Shown here one piece after another: positions 9,007 to 18,136 of a stretch of DNA of 38,896 nucleotides; the first letter of the stretch is position 1; each line of letters begins with the position of its first letter. The stretch spans positions 1 through 38,896 of the IMG/VR virus record IMGVR_UViG_3300020045_014315; one strand, written 5' to 3'. The notes beneath the pieces are model-generated. The model saw only the letters and a program-made list of their open reading frames with translations. It was not told where the DNA came from and searched no databases. The translations under genes and the position numbers were made by a program. The stretch is from a virus. Its lineage: Duplodnaviria > Caudoviricetes.

Positions 9007-10713
9007 ATGTCATCAAAAAAGGTATTTGAAGTTGCGTTATTACTGACGGCCAAAGATGAGGCTACGAAAACAATTGCGGCAGCCACTGCAGCTCAAAAAA
9101 AAGCGTTACAGGTTTCTCAGATGGGAGATAAGGCCTTTGGATTTGGAACAAAAGCAGGAATTGCTGGAGCAGCTATATTAGCTCCTATGGTTGGTTTCAT
9201 AAATGCAGCAGAGGAAAGCGAGGTAGCAGGAAAGAGGCTTACCAATGTATTCAGGACAATGGGTGAGGCTAATGATGATGCGGCCAAAGCTTCCGCTGAT
9301 TATGCTGATAAACTTCAATATAAGATTGGAGTTGAGGATGAGGAGATAATGATGGTACAATCTAAAATTGCCACATTTAAAAAAGTTTCCGACGAAACGG
9401 CTAGAATGTCTGGATTATTCGATAGAGCTACTGAGGCAGCATTTGATTTAGCAGCTGGTGGTTTTGGTGAGGCATCAAATAACGCTGTGATGCTTGGTAA
9501 GGCGTTGCAAAATCCAGCTTTGGGAGCTGCTGCATTAGCGAAAGCAGGAACATTGAACAAAGCAGATATTCCTTTGATTAAACAAATACAAGCCACTTAT
9601 GGGCTTGGAGCGGCTCAGCAATATGTGATGAAACTTGTCGAAAAACAAGTAAAAGGACAGGCTGCCAATATAGCTACCGATACTCAAAAAATGAGAATAC
9701 GATTGGCTGCAGTTCAGGAAACTTTAGGAAATAAATTACTGCCTACTTTTGTAAAATTAACTCAAAAAGTATCTGAGATTGCGGATAAGTTTTCTTCATG
9801 GGCCGACAAGAATCCAAAATTATTGGGAACAATTGTTATGCTTGCCGCCAAAGCAGGAGTGTTTTTGTTGGCTATATCAGCCACTAGTTTTGCAATTGGA
9901 GGATTGTTCAAAGTTATATCTTTCGGAATGTCTATCATGAACGCGTATAGAGCTGTGATGGTAACTGTCACCGCTGTCCAGACAGCAATGGCATTCTCTG
10001 CATTGTCTGGAGCGACTGCTATGGAAACATTGTCTTTTGCTTTAAAAGCGGCAAACCTAGCGTTTTTAACCTCACCTATTTTTTGGATAGTGGCAGCCAT
10101 AGCAGTTGCAGCATTTTTGATTATAAAATATTGGAACCCTATAAAAAAGTTTTTCGGAATGTTATGGGATGGAATCAAAGCTATTTTTTGGAAGGCTCTG
10201 GATTGGGGTAAAAAATGGGGTATATTGTTTTTGGGTCCAATTGGAATCATGATTAAAATATGGCAATTATTACCAGACAAATTTAAAAATATAGGTTCGG
10301 ATATATTAATGGGGCTTTGGAATGGATTGAAATCAAAAGCCACTATGTTATTTAATTTCGTGAAAGGAATCGGAAAGTCTATTGCCAACGCATTTAAAAC
10401 GGTTTTGGGCATTGCTTCACCTTCAAAGGTATTTATGGACTACGGGGTGAATATAACGGAAGGCGCAAAAAAAGGAATCGAAAAAGGATCTCCTGGAGTT
10501 GTATCTAGTAGCAAAGGAATGGGTAAATCTATTTCTCCAAATGCTAAATCATCAGGCGGTGGAGCTTCTGGAGGAATGACGGTTAATTTCGCTCCTGTGA
10601 TTAATGGTGGTGGTGATTCTGGAAATATTTTAGCAGAATTAAAAAAATATACGCCACAACTTATTAAGGAAATTGAAAATGCTTTGGCTAGAAAAAGCAG
10701 ACTTTCGTATTAA
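9007..10713 (+). CDS. Tail tape measure protein
   Basis: Ala/Gly-rich helical protein, hydrophobic middle, Trp-periodic repeats, LGIASPSKVF motif; expected position. Confidence 0.9.
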   Translation: MSSKKVFEVALLLTAKDEATKTIAAATAAQKKALQVSQMGDKAFGFGTKAGIAGAAILAPMVGFINAAEESEVAGKRLTNVFRTMGEANDDAAKASADYADKLQYKIGVEDEEIMMVQSKIATFKKVSDETARMSGLFDRATEAAFDLAAGGFGEASNNAVMLGKALQNPALGAAALAKAGTLNKADIPLIKQIQATYGLGAAQQYVMKLVEKQVKGQAANIATDTQKMRIRLAAVQETLGNKLLPTFVKLTQKVSEIADKFSSWADKNPKLLGTIVMLAAKAGVFLLAISATSFAIGGLFKVISFGMSIMNAYRAVMVTVTAVQTAMAFSALSGATAMETLSFALKAANLAFLTSPIFWIVAAIAVAAFLIIKYWNPIKKFFGMLWDGIKAIFWKALDWGKKWGILFLGPIGIMIKIWQLLPDKFKNIGSDILMGLWNGLKSKATMLFNFVKGIGKSIANAFKTVLGIASPSKVFMDYGVNITEGAKKGIEKGSPGVVSSSKGMGKSISPNAKSSGGGASGGMTVNFAPVINGGGDSGNILAELKKYTPQLIKEIENALARKSRLSY

Positions 10714-10751
10714 TTATTTAAAAACCTCCGTGACTTAATTTTAAATTTTGT

Positions 10752-10759
10752 TATCTTTG
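10752..10759 (+). promoter_or_regulatory. Putative -7 promoter element (TATCTTTG) 4 nt before gpU ATG
   Basis: Matches TAnnTTTG; same spacing as at 3208. Confidence 0.5.
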
Positions 10760-10763
10760 AAAT

Positions 10764-11621
10764 ATGTATGCACAACTAGGCACAATTAGATTTGAAGGCG
10801 TCAAAGGTTTTACTTCTTTAGAAGAAAACTTTGCTGTGAATTATGCTCAACACGATAGGATAAAAGGAAAGCCCCGATTAGAGTTCGTTGGTGATGTTTT
10901 GGATACAATTTCTTTTAGTATGTTTTTGCATTCGGATTTCACCAATCCAGAGGATGATATAGAGGCTCTGAAAGTTTACATGTTGAATAAGGAAATATTG
11001 CCTTTGATACTCGGAAACGGGAAATTAGTAGGTAATTTTGTGATTCCAAATTTTTCAAAAACTACGGAGTTTACAGATCCATCAGGAAACATTATTTCAG
11101 CAACATTATCTGTTGATTTAATTGAATCATTTACCGAGGATCCGTTAAAAGATGCCGATAAAAAAGCTAAAGAAAAGGCATTTGCCACAACTTCCAGAAA
11201 TTCAAATATACGCTCAATAACTACGCCTGAATTATCACAGGGGATGGTGGTTTCAAAAAATGTATCTGAAATTCAAAGCTCATCAAAAATAGTTGTTCAG
11301 CAGACATTTTCGGTAGAGAAAGACCCATCTACAGCGGCTTATTATTCTAAAAAAATAAATAAGTCTTTGGATATTATGGAAGGGCAGATAGTTAATACTA
11401 ACGATGCTCTGAATTCGTCTCCAGATTTACAGGAGTTAGGTCCAAATATGCCTACTTCATTAAACGGTGTAAATACAGATATTCAAAACATGAAAGCGGC
11501 TTTGCCAATTTCCGATATAGATTCGTTTAAAATTTTAACCGCTAATCTGCAAACATCTACAGCTATTTTAAAAGCGGATAGTTCGGACATTGATAGACAG
11601 GCGATAATTAGAGGGATATGA
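10764..11621 (+). CDS. Phage tail protein, P2 GpU-like with C-terminal extension
   Basis: MYAQLGTIRF, YAQHDRIKGKPRLEFVG, PLILGNG motifs; follows tape measure. Confidence 0.8.
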   Translation: MYAQLGTIRFEGVKGFTSLEENFAVNYAQHDRIKGKPRLEFVGDVLDTISFSMFLHSDFTNPEDDIEALKVYMLNKEILPLILGNGKLVGNFVIPNFSKTTEFTDPSGNIISATLSVDLIESFTEDPLKDADKKAKEKAFATTSRNSNIRSITTPELSQGMVVSKNVSEIQSSSKIVVQQTFSVEKDPSTAAYYSKKINKSLDIMEGQIVNTNDALNSSPDLQELGPNMPTSLNGVNTDIQNMKAALPISDIDSFKILTANLQTSTAILKADSSDIDRQAIIRGI

Positions 11622-11836
11622 ATGTAGTAGAATATGTAGTTAAGGATGGTGACAGATGGGATACTGTGGCATATAAAGCCTATGGTGATGCTTCGATGTT
11701 TAATAATATCATTGACGCTAATCCGTCAGTAGTTGTAACGGCTACGCTTACTGCAGGGACTCGTCTGACTATTCCTATATTGGAGGATAGCGACATAGTT
11801 GTAGATTCTCAATTATTACCACCTTGGAAAAGATAA
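11618..11836 (+). CDS. Tail protein X (LysM-like)
   Basis: GDRWDTVAYKAYG...IIDANP...LPPWKR. Confidence 0.88.
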   Translation: MNVVEYVVKDGDRWDTVAYKAYGDASMFNNIIDANPSVVVTATLTAGTRLTIPILEDSDIVVDSQLLPPWKR

Positions 11837-11847
11837 AAATCAAAATT

Positions 11848-12054
11848 ATGAAGCTATTAAAAAATATTGGAATTGTTTATTTAGAAACATTGATGCTAAT
11901 TGGAATCGGAATCTTTTTATTCTTTCCTATAGCTTTGGTTTATTATTTTAAAAATCAAAATTATTATTGGTTATTTTTAATCAATTTACCTTTATTTTTT
12001 GGATTCGCGTTTACGTATATGGATGCTGGATCTAGCCGACCTAAACGAAGATAA
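11848..12054 (+). CDS. Small AT-rich membrane protein inserted in tail operon
   Basis: Two hydrophobic segments; ATG at 11848 preferred over the TTG at 11824. Confidence 0.55.
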   Translation: MKLLKNIGIVYLETLMLIGIGIFLFFPIALVYYFKNQNYYWLFLINLPLFFGFAFTYMDAGSSRPKRR

Positions 12055-12057
12055 ATT

Positions 12058-13191
12058 ATGAATGTATCCGAAACTAAATTCAGCCTGCTATACGATAACA
12101 AAAATATCACTTCGGATATTTCGAAGTATTTATTATCTATTACTTACTCAGATAAGACTGAGGGGGAATCAGATGATATTGATATAGAGTTAGAAGATGT
12201 TTCTGCATTGTGGCAAAATTCATGGTATCCAGAAAAAGGAGCGAGTCTGGATCTGATCATAGGTGGTTTGAAATGCGGAGTATTTGAGATTGACGAAATA
12301 GAGGTAAAAGGACCTCCTAGCACTGTGAATATTAAAGGAGCTGCAGTAGGTATGAAAAACTCCCTCCGCACCCGTAAGTCAGATGCTCATGAAAATAAAA
12401 CACTAAAACAGATTGCGGAAAAAGTTGCTCAAAAAAATGGACTTACATTGTCTGGAACTATTCCAAGTATAACCATAAACAGAATTACTCAGAATAAAGA
12501 AACGGATTTAGGATTTTTAAAACGAGTATCCAAAGAGTATGGAATTGTATTCTCTGTTAGAGGTAAAAATATGATTTTCACGTCCATTTATGATTTGGAG
12601 GCTAGGGATAGTTCGCTAACACTTGACATTTCTGAATTGTCTTCGTATTCATTAAAAGACAAAACGGATGCTCCCAAAGAATCGAAATCAATTCATACCA
12701 ATTCCAAGGCTAATGAAAAGGTAGAGTCTAACTTGGCATTCGAGGCTTATAAAAAAGAACATGGATATACAGCTCCTGCCACAAAATCGGGAGATCAAGC
12801 AGTGACTTATTCGAGATCCGAAAATAAGAAGCAGGCAGAGGCAAAAGCCAAAGCCGTTATGCATACCTCATCAATGAATCAGTTTGAGGGATCAGTTGAA
12901 TTTGGAGGTGATAATCCTAAGATAGATTTAATGGTGGCAGGGAATAATTTCCAATTAAACGGAATCGGGATTTTATCTGGTAAGTACCACATAGTATCTA
13001 GTTCTCATAGATTGGACAAATCAGGAGCTAGAACTGTATCTGTTGAAATAAAACGCTTGAATACGCCTGCAAAACATCAGCAGGTTTCAATCAAAAAGAA
13101 AAAACAACAACCAAAAAGCGTTAAGGTAATCAAAGGCAGTTTAGATTTCAACAAAAATATATTTGGGCACTATGACCCGTTTAATAATTAA
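12058..13191 (+). CDS. Late control gene D / baseplate hub protein (GpD family)
   Basis: YSDKTEGESDDIDIEL, CGVFEIDEIE, QNKETDLGFLKR motifs. Confidence 0.88.
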   Translation: MNVSETKFSLLYDNKNITSDISKYLLSITYSDKTEGESDDIDIELEDVSALWQNSWYPEKGASLDLIIGGLKCGVFEIDEIEVKGPPSTVNIKGAAVGMKNSLRTRKSDAHENKTLKQIAEKVAQKNGLTLSGTIPSITINRITQNKETDLGFLKRVSKEYGIVFSVRGKNMIFTSIYDLEARDSSLTLDISELSSYSLKDKTDAPKESKSIHTNSKANEKVESNLAFEAYKKEHGYTAPATKSGDQAVTYSRSENKKQAEAKAKAVMHTSSMNQFEGSVEFGGDNPKIDLMVAGNNFQLNGIGILSGKYHIVSSSHRLDKSGARTVSVEIKRLNTPAKHQQVSIKKKKQQPKSVKVIKGSLDFNKNIFGHYDPFNN

Positions 13192-13194
13192 TAT

Positions 13195-13884
13195 ATGCTA
13201 AGATTCGGAGAAATATCAGACATAGACCCCAGCAAGTGTTATGCTAGAGTAAAATTCACAGATGATGGAATAGTCTCTGATTGGCTTCAAATAATTGTTT
13301 TGGGAGCAATTTCGAATCAATTCTTTCATATATTTGACATAAACGAACAGGTAGCCTGTTTAATGGACGATAATTCAGAAGACGGAGTAATTATTGGTGC
13401 GGTGTTTAATAACAAAACAACGCCATCCAACGGGGGCAAGGATATAGTTAGAGTTAGTTTTTCAGATGATTCTTTTGTAGAATATAATCGAGCCTCGCAT
13501 GAGTACACGATGGACATTAAAGGGAAAATAAATATTTCTGCAGAATCGGAAATAAACATCTCATCTGAATCAAAAATAAATATAACCGGAGCCACTGAGG
13601 TAAGCGTAAAAAGTGATGTAGCAATGAAAGTAGAAGCATTGAATGCAACGGTTACAGCGACTGCTTTGGCAAAAATAGAGGCTCCTGCAATTCAATTAAA
13701 CGGAGCGGTATCTATTGGAGGTAATTTATCACTAGGCGGTTCAATTTCAGGAACAGCAGGCGCGCCAATATCAGGAAATATTGAAGTAACCGGAGATATG
13801 AAGGCAGGAACTGTGTCTTTAAAAACACATATTCATCCGGGAGTACAAACTGGAGCTGGATCCACAGGAATACCAACACCTTAA
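13195..13884 (+). CDS. Baseplate assembly protein V (tail spike)
   Basis: N-terminal OB-like ARVKF..SDWL, beta-helix repeats, C-terminal HxH (SLKTHIHPGV). Confidence 0.9.
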   Translation: MLRFGEISDIDPSKCYARVKFTDDGIVSDWLQIIVLGAISNQFFHIFDINEQVACLMDDNSEDGVIIGAVFNNKTTPSNGGKDIVRVSFSDDSFVEYNRASHEYTMDIKGKINISAESEINISSESKINITGATEVSVKSDVAMKVEALNATVTATALAKIEAPAIQLNGAVSIGGNLSLGGSISGTAGAPISGNIEVTGDMKAGTVSLKTHIHPGVQTGAGSTGIPTP

Positions 13885-13888
13885 AATT

Positions 13889-14323
13889 ATGGCAGTTAAA
13901 ATACAGGACATAAAAGCAACTAATTGGCAATTATCAGTTAATGGAATCGGACAAATATCCGAGGGTATTGACGATATACGTCAATGTATCGGGATAATAC
14001 TTACTAGCACCAAAGGAAGCGACCCAATGCGCCCGCAATTTGGCTCTAACATTTGGCAATTTATGGATGACCAGATTACGACAGCAATAGCGGATATGTC
14101 TGCTGAAATCGTTGATTGTATTTCCAAATGGGAGACTAGAGTTATCATAAAAAAGTTGACGTATGAAGCTACTGGAAGCAGAATCGATTATAATTTGTCT
14201 GTTCAATTGCTAGAATCTGGACAGGTTACAGAGATACTATTTTACATAGATCGTCAAAAACAGATAGAGCCGGTGGCTATAGGTCACGCATTTAGTAACG
14301 GATTCGATTTCGGATTTTCATAA
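13889..14323 (+). CDS. Baseplate protein W / gp25 family
   Basis: DIRQCIGIILTSTKGSDPMRPQFGS and ISKWETRV motifs. Confidence 0.9.
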   Translation: MAVKIQDIKATNWQLSVNGIGQISEGIDDIRQCIGIILTSTKGSDPMRPQFGSNIWQFMDDQITTAIADMSAEIVDCISKWETRVIIKKLTYEATGSRIDYNLSVQLLESGQVTEILFYIDRQKQIEPVAIGHAFSNGFDFGFS

Positions 14324-14335
14324 AAATATATCAAA

Positions 14336-16531
14336 ATGACTTATTCACAAGAGGAATTAAATAACATAGTTGATGTTCTTATTCTAGACAACAATTTAAA
14401 CCTGGTTACGCCTGCAAAAGTTAGACAGGCTATGAAAGCGGTTATTTCCAGTTTGGATCAGACAAATGCTGGATCCGTTTCCGCATCGCCTCCTTTAGAT
14501 TATGACGGTTTCACTAACATATTTTCTATATTAAAAGCAGATGCTGACAATGACGGTTATTTATCCAAAGAAGATTGGGAGTTATTTAATTCTGCAGTAG
14601 GGTTAGAAACCCCAGACGCAACTACTACAATAAAAGGTAAATTAAAACTAGCAGGTGATTTGGGAGGTACTGCAGATGCTCCTACGGTTCCTGCATTGGC
14701 GAATAAAGCAGATTTGGTCTCTGGAAAAGTACCATCCTCGCAATTACCAAGTTATGTAGATGATATTTTAGAAGGTTATTTGTTTGGTGGAGTTTTTTAT
14801 AACGAAGTAGGACATACTACGGTTATTCCTGCCGAAACTGGTAAAATATATATTGACTTAACAACAGGTCAAAAAAATAAAGAATATCGTTATTCAGGAT
14901 CTGCATATATTCAAATCACAAATGGTTTAATTGCGTCTACAGATGATGTTCCGGAAAGCGCAACTAATCTGTATTATACAGCTAGTAGGTCTGCTGCAAA
15001 ACAAGATAACTTAGTTTCTGGAACGAATATTAAAACGATTAACGGAACTACTGTATTAGGCTCTGGAAACATTACGACTCCTGACATGGATACTACAACG
15101 GCTCAAAATGTATCTGGAGTTAAAACATTCTTTGCGGGAATGTTCGGCTTAAGAAATACAGCAAACACTTTCACTTCATTTTTTGCAAGTGCTGTTACGG
15201 CTTCAAGGACTTGGACTTTACAAGACAGAAACGGAACATTATTAGATAATACCGATTTATCTACAATAAATACAGCATTAGGCACTAAGCAATCTGTATT
15301 TTCTGGAGTTGCAAATTATTTAACTAAATCAATAACTTCTACAACGTTAGGAGTAAGTAGGTTGTTTGATAATGGAACTTTTTTTGGAATAGGAACAGTT
15401 AATGCCCCTACGAAAGATATTACTATGGGTAGAGGCAATAAGGAAATTGGCGTTGAAAACTCAGACAATAGCAGTAAAGGCGGTGATTTGATTGTTTCTG
15501 CGGCAAGTACGGCAAATACATCTTCAGCTCTTCTTGAACCATTATTACAAGCTTTAAAGCAATGGTTTCACATGTCAACGGCTCCGAACGGAGATATTTA
15601 TGCAACTGAGTATAACGGTGGCAAAATTTGGAAAAGAGCTGGAGGGGTTGGAAATTTTATAGATACAGGTAATAATGGAGGATTAGGTATAACTGTGGAT
15701 ATTTCAGGAAATGTTTATATATGTAGGAATAATCAAGATATTTATAAACAAACAGGAGGTGTTGGGGCGTTAGTTGCTCTTGGTCAGACATATAGGGGAT
15801 GGTGGGGGATGGGTTCTTCTCTAGTGAATAATAATGTCTATAGCTGTGTAGCTGGAGGTGATATTTATATGCAAACCGCTGGAATTGGAAATTTTAATCC
15901 TTTAGGACAAACAAGTAGGGCTTGGCAAGGTGTTACGGGGCATCCTAACAGCAATATGTATGCTATCGTTAACGGAGGTGATATTTATATGCAAACCGCT
16001 GGAATTGGAAATTTTAATCCTTTAGGACAAACTAGTAGAGCATGGAGTGCGATTTACTGTTCGCCTAGTGGTAATGTATATGCTACAGTAGTTAACGGGG
16101 ATGTGTATATGCAAACGAATGGAATTGGAAATTTTGTCGCTACGGGACAGGTAAGTAGAAATTATGGGGGAATCTGTGTGGATGCAAGTAATAATATTTA
16201 TGCAGGAGTTGGACATAACTCTGCTGCGGGGGATATTTATTACATAGCAACAGGAACTGGTCCTGCCAATTTAGATGGAGGAGCATTAATCCAAAAAGCT
16301 GGATTGGCAAAAGGTACAGGTAAATCAAGAATAGAAGGATACACCGGACAAAAAACTGCATCAGGGACAAATATGCAACTTATGACAAAAAGATATGTGT
16401 GGGATGAAGATGGAAATTATGCAAGAATCGGAACTCCTGTCTATGCAGATAATACCGCTGCGCTAGCTGGAGGATTGACTGCGGGTATGGAATATCGAAC
16501 AGCTACAGGAATAAAAATGGAAGTTTATTAA
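14336..16531 (+). CDS. Putative tail fibre / receptor-binding protein with C-terminal ~40-aa repeats (beta-propeller-like)
   Basis: Fibre-type segments (DATTTIKGKLKLAGDLGGTA, GKVPSSQLPSYVDD, LVSGTNIKTING) followed by repeats of GDIYMQTAGIGNFNPLGQTSRAW. Confidence 0.7.
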   Translation: MTYSQEELNNIVDVLILDNNLNLVTPAKVRQAMKAVISSLDQTNAGSVSASPPLDYDGFTNIFSILKADADNDGYLSKEDWELFNSAVGLETPDATTTIKGKLKLAGDLGGTADAPTVPALANKADLVSGKVPSSQLPSYVDDILEGYLFGGVFYNEVGHTTVIPAETGKIYIDLTTGQKNKEYRYSGSAYIQITNGLIASTDDVPESATNLYYTASRSAAKQDNLVSGTNIKTINGTTVLGSGNITTPDMDTTTAQNVSGVKTFFAGMFGLRNTANTFTSFFASAVTASRTWTLQDRNGTLLDNTDLSTINTALGTKQSVFSGVANYLTKSITSTTLGVSRLFDNGTFFGIGTVNAPTKDITMGRGNKEIGVENSDNSSKGGDLIVSAASTANTSSALLEPLLQALKQWFHMSTAPNGDIYATEYNGGKIWKRAGGVGNFIDTGNNGGLGITVDISGNVYICRNNQDIYKQTGGVGALVALGQTYRGWWGMGSSLVNNNVYSCVAGGDIYMQTAGIGNFNPLGQTSRAWQGVTGHPNSNMYAIVNGGDIYMQTAGIGNFNPLGQTSRAWSAIYCSPSGNVYATVVNGDVYMQTNGIGNFVATGQVSRNYGGICVDASNNIYAGVGHNSAAGDIYYIATGTGPANLDGGALIQKAGLAKGTGKSRIEGYTGQKTASGTNMQLMTKRYVWDEDGNYARIGTPVYADNTAALAGGLTAGMEYRTATGIKMEVY
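15854..16032 (+). repeat. 59-bp identical direct repeat at 120-bp period inside the fibre gene
   Basis: 15854-15912 equals 15974-16032 (ggaggtgatatttatatgcaaaccgctggaattggaaattttaatcctttaggacaaac); degenerate copies flank them. Confidence 0.9.
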
Positions 16532-16544
16532 AAAAAATAAAGAT

Positions 16545-16913
16545 ATGATACAAACTAAATTACCTATAATCTACGGATCAAGAAATGAAAAAAAAGGAAT
16601 CATAAAAATAGAAGTTAGGCCTGAAACACCAACTAAAGAAGGTACGGAGTACTTGGTTATTGATTGGGACACTGCGGACACAAAAGACGCTTATTTTTCA
16701 AAAAAAGTATTCTACGATAATGCAAAGATTGAGCAATTAGATGCCTATATCGAGGCTAATTATTCAGAAGAATTAGCCGGCTTGACAAAAGCAGAAAAAG
16801 AATGGAAAAAGATTCAAATCGGTTTGATGATAGATACCCAAACAAATCTTTTGCCGTCAGGAAAAACTATTTACGGACTTAATCCCGAAGATTGGGAATT
16901 TACGGAGTTATGA
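16545..16913 (+). CDS. Hypothetical protein (possible fibre chaperone)
   Basis: 122-aa ORF immediately after fibre gene with A-rich start region. Confidence 0.6.
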   Translation: MIQTKLPIIYGSRNEKKGIIKIEVRPETPTKEGTEYLVIDWDTADTKDAYFSKKVFYDNAKIEQLDAYIEANYSEELAGLTKAEKEWKKIQIGLMIDTQTNLLPSGKTIYGLNPEDWEFTEL

Positions 16914-17245
16914 TTGGGTTTCTACTTTTCGTCATCGCATTAATCCTTATTTTCTTTTTGACAATTGTCAATTATTTTTATGTGGAAAATAAAAAAGGGT
17001 ATTTTTTAAGTACTGCTAAGAACTTGGACATTTTCGCTAATCGGGAGTTTAGAGCCTTATGGAACGCTGTTTTAATTGAGCCGGACGGTTATAAATTTGG
17101 AAAGGAGGGTGAAACGCTTTCCAGCGCGTTGGGCAAAAATCAACGCTTAGAGAAGCTGAAACCTAAAGGTTGGTGGTTGGTTCGTCAACTTGATCGGTTA
17201 GACGAAAATCATTGCTTAGAATCGATAAATGAATCGATTGTTTAA
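16910..17245 (+). CDS. Hypothetical phage membrane protein
   Basis: ATGA-coupled start at 16910; N-terminal TM helix; ETLSSALGKN...LDRLDENHC. Confidence 0.65.
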   Translation: MIGFLLFVIALILIFFLTIVNYFYVENKKGYFLSTAKNLDIFANREFRALWNAVLIEPDGYKFGKEGETLSSALGKNQRLEKLKPKGWWLVRQLDRLDENHCLESINESIV

Positions 17246-17252
17246 AAGGTAA

Positions 17253-17393
17253 TTCTCAGGAGGACGGGAATTAAAAAGTAGTCCTCCAACAAATTAATAC
17301 TTTCTCAGGGTAATTAAAATTTAGCACAAAGCCAACGTTGGAGGACATAAGTCTTCTAATGTTGGCTTTGTTATTTTAATAATTATCCTGAGA
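17253..17393 (+). ncRNA. Candidate structured cis-regulatory RNA leader upstream of the TS-fold gene
   Basis: 21-bp stem 17326-17346/17351-17371 and 13-bp outer stem 17303-17315/17381-17393; all four non-Watson-Crick pairs are G-U on the + strand. Additional stem 17259-17265/17281-17287. Confidence 0.65.
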
Positions 17394-17433
17394 GCTGCAA
17401 ATATAGAATAATCAATCATCAATCAAAAATCAA

Positions 17434-18075
17434 ATGAATAAGTATCACCAAATCTTAAACAAAATTATAGCCAAGGGCAAGAACCAGCAAAATAAAAAGG
17501 GTTCAATCACCTATCTCATTAATCAAACACTGGAATTAAAGCCAATAGACCTGTTGGAGTTGTTCGAGGGGCATTCTGTGGCACGAAAAAAGCTAAAAGA
17601 TGAATTAGGTCTATTTATGGCAGGCGAACGCTCTACGGAGGCTTATCGTGAAGTTGGTGTAAGTTGGTGGGATTATTGCGGTCCTATCCTTGTCAATAGC
17701 TATCCAACGTACTTTGAGCAGTTGCCTAAACTGTTAGAGAAAATCAATAAAGAAAAGCGTACGTCAAAGAATTATGTGTTGTTTCTCGGTTCCAACAACA
17801 CCGAGAGCAACCAACAGCCGTGTTTGAGTCTTATACAGTTCCAAATAGAGAAAGGAAAGCTTATTGTTACTGCGTATCAGCGTAGCTCTGACGCTAATCT
17901 AGGCCTGCCCGCTGATATTTATCATTTGTATTTGATAAGTAAGCAGATTGCCCTGCCATTGAAGTCTATTACGTTGTTTTTGGGTAACGTGCATGTGTAT
18001 GAGAATAATGTGGAGGGTACTAAGGAGTTGCTGAGCGGTCGGGAGGCGGTTAAGTTTAGTTTAAATGTTGTTTAA
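17434..18075 (+). CDS. Thymidylate synthase (ThyA)-fold protein, short and divergent; possibly dCMP-specific
   Basis: PC130, QR150SSD153, H187VY motifs retained; D161 at the position of E. coli ThyA N177. Confidence 0.85.
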   Translation: MNKYHQILNKIIAKGKNQQNKKGSITYLINQTLELKPIDLLELFEGHSVARKKLKDELGLFMAGERSTEAYREVGVSWWDYCGPILVNSYPTYFEQLPKLLEKINKEKRTSKNYVLFLGSNNTESNQQPCLSLIQFQIEKGKLIVTAYQRSSDANLGLPADIYHLYLISKQIALPLKSITLFLGNVHVYENNVEGTKELLSGREAVKFSLNVV

Positions 18076-18085
18076 AGGGTAATTA

Positions 18086-18114
18086 AAAAGGCTTCACGTA
18101 GTGTGAAGCCTTTT
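18086..18114. terminator. Bidirectional intrinsic terminator
   Basis: AAAAGGCTTCAC-GTAGT-GTGAAGCCTTTT. Confidence 0.85.
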
Positions 18115-18136
18115 GTATGTTTGTTGGGAAAAAGGT

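Noticed and set aside
14285-14323. C-terminal HAFSNGFDFGFS tail on baseplate W
   Set aside because: It is a possible docking peptide for the next gene's product, but too short to support a claim without an alignment.
15854-16032. Diversity-generating retroelement TR/VR pair in the fibre gene
   Set aside because: Both copies are in-frame coding repeats, there is no adenine-specific mismatch pattern, and no reverse transcriptase is in the window.
17359-17379. Leader peptide MLALLF inside the hairpin, preceded by GGAGG
   Set aside because: Only six codons, and SD-type initiation is not used elsewhere in this window; the GGAGG is explained by stem pairing.
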